Of a stretch of 64,000 nt of DNA, positions 52,901 through 61,900 are shown piece by piece. The notes beneath the pieces were generated by a model. It did no database searches and was not told where the DNA came from. It saw nothing but the letters and a program-made list of their open reading frames with translations. Both the position numbers and the translations under genes were made by a program. The stretch comes from Octopus vulgaris (lineage: Eukaryota). Numbering within the stretch: position 1 is the stretch's first letter; the number at the start of each line of letters is the position of its first letter. The stretch spans positions 14,198,001-14,262,000 of the forward strand of contig OX597828.1 in the NCBI GenBank assembly GCA_951406725.2, read 5' to 3'.

Positions 52901-55900
52901 AAGTATTCAGCGTTGACAGTACCGTCTTTGTTATCAGTACAGTTAACTTTAGCCTCAGATGGACCTTCAACAGATACTCCAAGAGCGCCTGGTGGAGCAG
53001 CACGCCTGTCGACTGTAAATGTGGCTGGTTTCTTTGCAGTTCCTTCTTTCAAGCCAGGGCCGTAAGCATGAACATTGTTAGCGGAGACCGGAACAACGGC
53101 ATCGACTTTAAATGGAGAACCCTTTGCTGGCATTCCACCATAGCTGACCTCGACCTTATGAGGACCAGGTTCTTTGAAGAGAATAGGTGCACTATGTCCG
53201 TTAGCCATTGGCTTAGTAGGAACAGTTGTCTTGACACCTTTAGGATTGGTTATCTGGACAGTGGCTTCAGCCTTTCCAGCACCAACCGTAATGATATCAA
53301 TCATTTTCTCTTTGCCAACCTCTTGAGCTAAACAACGGAAAAAAGAATAGGGACCAGAATGTATTGGCAGAACTAAGATTTAACTCAAGATAAAAGGGTT
53401 TCTTTTTTTAAGTTACGGAAAAAATGTACAAATATGAAAATAATGCTTAAATATTGCAAAAATTTATATTCTTTTCAAAATGAAGCGATACCCAAGTATC
53501 TAAGGTAAATTTATTTCAATAGATATTTTGAAGCACAATAACGAATAAAATAAAATGCATTTATAATACAATAAAATTCAATATGTCTGAATTAATTTGT
53601 GAATTGTATCAAGTTTAGATAGAAATAAATTTGTTAAAACTCCATGTAAAATCCTCATTTGGCAATAATTAAATGACGGGGTAAAGTAAAATATTTAATG
53701 AAGTGAGCAAAAAATTCTCAAAATTATACCCATGATAAAATTTAGCGTTAATGACAATACTTATCAAAAAAGGTAAGGGAGATAATTTTCCCAAATCAGT
53801 ATGATTGTTTTACATGAGATAATGGTCATGGTAGTATGTGCCAAAGCGGATTTCACTGGATTGTATAATTCATACAATGCAAAAAGAAAAGAGTATAACT
53901 GAAACTTACTTTTCTCCAAACCTTCAACGCGCACTTTGCCGATATCAATACTGGATTCAACTTTCACCTTGATGGGTGATGCTGGAATCTCTTTATCGGC
54001 AAAGTACACATTTATGGTGTACATGCCAGGGATCTTGGCTTCATAATTGACAGTGAAGGTACCATCTTGGTTGTCAACAGTATTAACAGGCACATCCATT
54101 CCACGCTCATCAGTCAATGAAATAGCCACATCACCTAAATTCAAACAAATTATTTATATTCAATGTCAGTTCTTGGGCAGTAGAAAAAAAAAATGTTTGG
54201 AAATTTTAAAAGCTGTGATTTAGATTTATGACAGAGAGAAAAATTAACAAAAAAAAAAAAAAAGAAAAAAAAGAAAAAGAAAATTAAATTCATAATTAGA
54301 AATTGCAGAAAAATCCATGTATATATTCAGCATTCAATTTCATTTTACAAGTTTCAATGATTGGACTGTGGTCATACTGGGGTGTATATATAGCAATTTA
54401 TTCAAGAATGCTTGAGAGTATGTAGTGTGTGTAAGTGTTATACAACCCAGTATCTTATGGCATAAATAGACACATTCATAAACATGGAAACACATGTGTG
54501 AGAGTGCTTATGTCGTGCTGTTCTGGATCATACAGAGAACCACATGAATATCTCCCCATCATGTAATTTATCAAACTTTAAGTTAGCTTAATATGGTTTA
54601 TCCTAAATTGTCTTGAACTTTTATGTAAGTGTATAAGGCCTGTGTGAAGACACATGGCTCATTGGTTAGAGTGTTGGACTCCCATTCATGAGGTAGTGAG
54701 CTCAATTCACAGACCAGGCTATGTGTTGGGTTCTTGAGCAAGAGTTTATTTTACGTTGCTCCAGTTCACCGAGGGGAACTTTCTAGGTGCAGTCCTATGG
54801 TCATTCATGACTGAAGGGGGTTATTACCATTTTACCCTAGTGATCAGAATGTTGAGCTCACAAATGTTAGGTCGTGGGTTCAATTCTTGAACTAAGTAGT
54901 GCTTATGTACTTGAAGAAAGCACTTTATATTAAGCTGTTTCAGTACACTTTGCTGAAAAATAGTAGTACCAGTAGCATCTAGGATTTCACCCTGCAACCT
55001 ATTGCAAGATTAAACTTCCAAGTGCTAATGTCACTTCCTTTTTCAGATTAACCCACTACAGATTTTATTCTAGGGGTTATCCCATTCAACAGAGTTTTGT
55101 ACTAAGCCTAAATGCTTTCAAAATCCACATAAGCTCTGGCCTCATGAGACTGTAGGTTCAATGCAGAAGTTTTTGTGGTAAGTACATTAATATGTATAAT
55201 TAATAAGACAAAAGTTTGATCACACCAGCTCTCAGCCAACAAAACTTTGATCAAATTAGCTAACAAGCTGTTACATTTTCTAAATAGATTTTTATTTTAA
55301 ACTCAAGTTGTTTAGTCCCCAAATCAGCATTGAATAAGTAAATATATGATCCAAAGATATTCCAGTTATAATCATCCTGTCTTTTTTTTTTTTTAAAGAA
55401 GTGTATACCTTGTACTACATTAGCTAATGTATCATATTCTTTACAAATTGCAAGGAACATGGTTTGAAGGAGATTTGTCTATTTCTAGCAGGTGAAGCAA
55501 CCACACAAAAAAAAGAGTGCTCTCAAGTTTAAAATGTATGTGAATGTGTATAAACCATGACACAAAATGGTTGGAAATATATAATAACAACTATGTTCTC
55601 TTACCAGGTCCAGCTTCTTTGCAGTCAACCACGAAGTGAGTTGGTTGGTTAGTTTTCACACCTGGTTTCACACCTGGTCCATAAACCTTCACACTGGAAG
55701 GAGATTGGACAAAAACCTGTAAGAAGAAAATTAAAATAATTAGTCTAAAAAGAACTATGAACTTCCTTAGTAAAATATTGTTTTTACTTTATATCCAGAG
55801 GTACAATGCCACAAATACAAGAAGTGGGCATAATCAGTTGATTAAACTGACTGATATTAATTAGAATGGTATTTAAGGCAGCAAGCTGGCAGAATCGTTA

Positions 55901-58900
55901 GCATGCCAGGCAAAATGCTTAGTGACATATCTATCTTTACATACTGAGTTCAAATTCCACCAAGGTCGGTTTTGCCTTTCATCCTTTCAGGGTTGATAAA
56001 ATGAGTAGCTGTTGAACATTGGGGTTGATATAATTGATTTACAACTTCCCTTGAAATTGCTGGCCTTGTGCCAGGTTTTGAAACCAATATTAGTGTGGTA
56101 CTCAATTTTATTAAAGTGAGAAGTGTGTGCTGATGTTCTGAGTAAAGTTCTTAATCAACAGTAACCAACATGTGGGAGCCTAGTTTAAATGTTAATTTAA
56201 TGTCTGGGAAAAAAAAAAAATTTAAGTCACCAGAAGAAGATGGTGAAGTCACAGACCTAGCTGTGAAGTTGAGAATTTCAGATGACAACCACATGGTATG
56301 CAGTTGGATAGCCCACTTGCATGGTAGCTTCGACAAATGTCTAACTGAAGTCTAGAGTTGACCTATACCTTGTGTGTGAAATTTGGCTGACAGGAACTGT
56401 ACACAATCTTCTGTGTGTGTGTGTGGGGGGGGGATAAGCACTGCAATTTTTGCATGCATTGTGCTACAATGATGTGTTTATATGCCACATAGTCAGGCAG
56501 CTTAGTGGCTCTATGTACAGAGATATGGAAATTAAATACCTAACTTGAAAACAAGGCTTGGAGTTAGAGAGCATCTGGCCATAGAATAATACAGCCTCTA
56601 GAAGTTTTATTCATATGGAAAATGTACACATAAAACAGACAAATGATGATGACTGTAGCAGATGCAACATCAAATGAATATTCAAAAGGAATTCATCTGG
56701 ATTTCTGACTTTGGCATGGAGCCAAATAACTCTTATTTACAAGTTAATCAGAGGATGATGGGGTAGTGTATGAGCTTTACAGACCCCTTCCTTTCAGACA
56801 GGTGAGATTGATATTATATAGCTGATGTCTAGGTTTAATATCCTTAGGTCAGTGCAAAGAAGAGAAAAATGTGAGAAGGGAGGGAACTTTGCAGTCAATT
56901 GACTCAAACTTGCAGTAGCAGTGATCTCTGCTTTAAAAGTTGGCCAGGATCTAGGATGGTGCTGTTTAAACTGAGCAATGCAGTAAGTCACAAGAAAAAT
57001 GACCAGTCAATTGAATTACCCTGGTAAATTACTGGTATTCGTTTTATCAGCACAAGCGAAATTAAAGACATAGCTTAGGACACAATGTAAGAAAGAATGC
57101 AATTCAGTATGGATTTCTAACAAGGTTTCGAATTTAAGGCAAGGGAACAGTTGATCATATATCCCAATACATGACTGGTACTGAATTTTATAATTCCTGG
57201 AAGAATGGAATGCGAAGTTGCTCAAGACAGAATTTGAACTGAGCATACAACACTAGAATAAATACTGCAAAGTATTTTTCTCCAACACTTAGTTCTGCAA
57301 ATCCAGACAATTATAGCAACTTGCCCTCACCATGTTTGACCAATATTTTATTGACAATGGAAGGACAAAAAAAAGGCAACATCAGCCTCCTACCATGACA
57401 ACCATTAGTAGGATTTGAACACAGAATCAGAGGAATTACAAGACATTTAGTCCAAAACTACCATTTCTGACACATCAACACCATATTGAAAGTATTTCTC
57501 ATCGAAACATTTTACTACACGTTCACAGTTATACGTACGCATACACACAGACACACACACAGTCGTGAATTAGTGCTCAACATTGCATTGGTGAATAAAT
57601 ATTCTCTATTTGTGAGTTGGCAAGGATACCATTGGTTTCATGCAGAAATTCTCAGCAGTTACCAAGCCAGCCACATTGAATGTTGGTACTAGTCTCCATC
57701 TTGGATGAGAATACACACACACACACACACTATAAAATCAACTAAAACTATAAAACTATGAGGTACTTACTCTGAAAGGACTTTTTGGTATGTTTACACC
57801 ACCATATGAAATCAACACAACATGCTTGACATTCTTCAAAGGCTTGTATTTACAAGTGTAAGTACCATCCTTGTTGTCTTTGATATCAACTTTAACGGGA
57901 TTACCATCGGCGTCATGGCAAATAATGTCCAGTTGAGCCTTCCCAGCTTTCTTGGCATCAACAGTAAATTCAGTCATCTGCTGAACTTGGACCCCAGTTT
58001 CCTGTAAGCCAGGCCCAAATGCAACCACCTAAAAAATAAAATCATTTAGTTTTTAATTTATTTTACAAAATGTGTGTTAATTGGAAAATTTATTCAGTGT
58101 TAGACAATCAGGAAGGGTGGCATCTGATTTTTACTAAAGCTTCCGAGATTAGTTTCCTTACAATAGGACCCTAGTCTGAATGCTACAACAGAGTGAACAC
58201 TGCCAAAAGGTCCCTAATAATCAATCACCACCATTGAATGTGACTATACTGAAACCTATTGGATGGATTGTACCCAAATTTGTATTTCTGAATTTATTAC
58301 ATACACTGTCTACATTAAACTAGTGTCTTCATCTTGATTGTTGCTTTCTTTACATTTTGGCTCTGTACACACCACTTTTCTTCAGGTGTCTTGTGATTCA
58401 CTAAGGTGAAGTTTCAGTACAGTTTTCATCTACCTAATTTCAATCACAAGCTTCAGGTTAATCCAAAATTATGGTAGAAAACACTTGGCTAAGGTATTAT
58501 GCAGTGGACTCCAACCTATTATTGCAAAGGGAACTTATTAACCAGTAATTAACCAAAGTATATCAGAAAATTGTAAACTTCAGTTCCTCATAGAACCTTC
58601 TCAGAAGGGAATACACTATCCACAAAGTTATGGATTCTTCTATAGTTGAATGTTACTTATCCCTAGATTAGTCCAAACTGAGCAAACCTAGAACCAGAAG
58701 CATTCGCACCCTGGCCTCTTGTTTAATCCACACTAAAGTGTGATTCGAGGCAGACTTGACTGCTGTTCTTAGTAGGTTGAGTAACCATCTAGAACTGTAG
58801 TTTCCATCCTTTTTAATATCCAGACCAGATCCAAAATTTGGATTTTATTTAGAGGTCTGCACCAAAAACAGGTCAAAAAAAAAATTTGTATAGAGAAGAC

Positions 58901-61900
58901 CTTCAAGGGTCACATGTGGCCCTGAGAGGCATGGTCGAGAACCGCTGATCCAAAGGGTCCCTCTTTGGCTCATTTCCCTAATACACAGCTAGTAACCAGC
59001 ATAACGTACGAACAGTAAAGCTGATTGAGAACAATAAGGAACTGCTATGAAGAGAAATTTTTGAGCCATTTCCAACATTTCAAAGCATTTAACAACTGTA
59101 TGTATTGAATTAGTGTTGGGTTAAGGATCTTAGCTAGATATCATTGCATCAAAATAAGAACCAGATGTGACTTACTACACTTGATAAGACCTGTCAAGCT
59201 AAGTAAGATCGCTGCCTCCCACACAGGCTTGTCCCTTCAGGTGGTGGTGCCACTTAGAAAGCACCTGTGCTGGTGTTGCATAAACACACCCATGACTGTG
59301 ACACATAAAAAGCACCCAGCATACTTAAGTGGTCGACATTAGGAAGGGAATCAAGCTATAGAAACCATGCCAAAACAGACATGGAACCTGAACAGCCCTT
59401 CAGCTGGTCACCCCACTGTCAAACCGTCCAACCCATGCCAGCATGGAAAAAAAGATGTTAAATGAGGATAATGTCTCACCTTGAGAGGATCAAAGTCCTT
59501 AGTAGCTGGTTGAATCTGGGCCATATATGGAGATTTAGGAATATCTTCTTCATTACAATGAATGTGGACTGCATATTCTCCTGGGGCTGTTGGCCAATAA
59601 GTGATATCAGCTGTTCCATCACCATTATCTTTGCAGTCAATTTTGGCCTGGGAAGGACCTTCAATTGAAAAACCTGTCCAAAACAAATATAAAAGGCTTC
59701 AGTACTTGGGTTTAATTGAACAGAGTACATTATATGAACCCTTATCTGAGAAATAAATGCATACGCGTCTTCGTTAATTGCAATGTTAATGAGCTAATTA
59801 TATATGCATATAGTGTTAGGAGTTAACATTGAGCTTGATTACCAACTTCAAAATGACAAAATTATTTTTTTTTTTAAATCTTTCAATTCTAACAAATAAG
59901 AAAATGAAATATGTCAAAATGCAAGAAGTTAAAGTGAAACCATCAAGAAATCAATTATGATTGGATTAACAGTTCCAAAATATGTTGTAAGCAACAGAAG
60001 AAAGACAATGTAATATAGCAAAAGAGGAAATCTAAGAGAATGACCAAAATATAGTAGCTCTAAAGGTTATATTTATTACAATATACCATCTGAAGAGGTC
60101 TAGCTGTACTCGAGACATTGTGACCTCAATTCAGCTAATAGACAGAATGGTCAATAACTTCACAATCCTAATAGTTATGATGCTGTGTAACACAAGTGAC
60201 TCATTTGTCTATATTGTGGGGCCTACTTGTCTCTTTGAAATCCAATACTATCACCAAACCTCCAAGATCTGACCCTCCTGGAAATCCCACCTACCCACTT
60301 ACAACCCAATTTTTGCAGGTCTGTACAACCCCTTACTGCAGATCAACCAATTAAAAAGTTAGATCATTACTTGCTCTATCTAGTTCGTTAATCAAAACTA
60401 TTCTATTTACCATTTAATCAGTTTTAAAATGACATCAGTATTTGAGGGTCATCATCATCATCGTTTAACGTCTGCTTTCCATGCTAGCATGGGTTGGACA
60501 ATTTGACTGAGGACTGGCAAACCAGATGGCTGCACCAGGCTCCAGTCTTGATCTGGCAGAGATTCTACAGCTGGATGCCCTTCCTAATGCCAACCACTCC
60601 GAGAGTGTAGTGGGTGCTTTTACGTGCCACCAGCATGAGGGCCAGTCAGGTGGTACTGGCAACGGCCATGCTCAAATGGTGTTTTTTACGTGCCACCTGC
60701 ACAGAAGCGAGTCCAGTGGCACTGGCAACGACCTCGAAAAAATTTATAGATCTATGGTAAGCTATAGTATTTGGTAAAAAAAACTGAACATGCTAGGATT
60801 TCTTTCCCTCATCTATCAAAATGTATTTTTTCTTGAGTAAAAATATAGTTGAGAGATATAATATTCTTATGAGCATTAATAAAAGCCACAAGTTAGAGTA
60901 TTCAAGAGAGACAACTGTGCAAGTATGGACATGGGATGAAAATTGGAAAAGGGACAGGTGAGAAAGGATTGTAAAGGAACCAGGTTAGGAGACAACTTTG
61001 GAGACACAGAAATTGTGGTCAAAGTTCCAGATTTTTAGGGCTTTCGAAAAAGAAAAAAAAATGGTGTCATACAAGTCATGACCCAATATATATTACAGAA
61101 ATTTTTTGCAATATTACCAACCAATCCTACATAGAAAAGAAAAAATAAAAGGGCAAAAAAGAAAAGGGTAAGAAAAAAAAATGAGAATCATGCCAGAATA
61201 AAAAATTATAAAGAAATAAAAATTTCATGTACCTAATGCTCCTGTTTCGCCATGGGTTTCCACAACAAATGTTGCTGGTTTGCCGACCATTCCGCCGTGC
61301 AAGCCAGGACCATATGCTATAATCTTAGACAACTTGAATGGACCGACTTCAACCTTGAATGGACTCTTGGGGATGTGTTGGCCACCAAAAGTGACATTGA
61401 TAGTGTAAGTACCAGGCTGTTTTGGGGTGTAAACACACTCGTAAGTTGTTGGATCAAGTTTCTTAATACTAACCGGTTCATTTGCATTGCCTGGTAAAAG
61501 AAAAATGAATCTAATATTTAGCTGACATTTTTAAATTAAAATAATGTTAAAAAGAATTAGCATGTAATAAAGATAAGTGTTTAAAATAAAACAGATTCTA
61601 AAAAAGTTGCAATAGAAATTTTAAACATTACCAAAAACAAAATTGGCACAGTGCTTTGTGTTCTTGGGCAAAACACTTTATTTTACATTGTTCCAGTTTA
61701 TTATGGAAATGAGTAACTTTGCAATGGACTGGCATCCTCTTCAGGCAAAACATGAAGATCTCAGTCAGCCAGTCATATAACATGGAAACAATAACTGGCC
61801 CTACGAGTCCTAGGACTTTAGTTACTCATGCTATAAAAATGAAATAACTAGCCCTACAGATCTTGGGGCTCTAGAGTAATTTTCAGAGGTTATTGATGAG

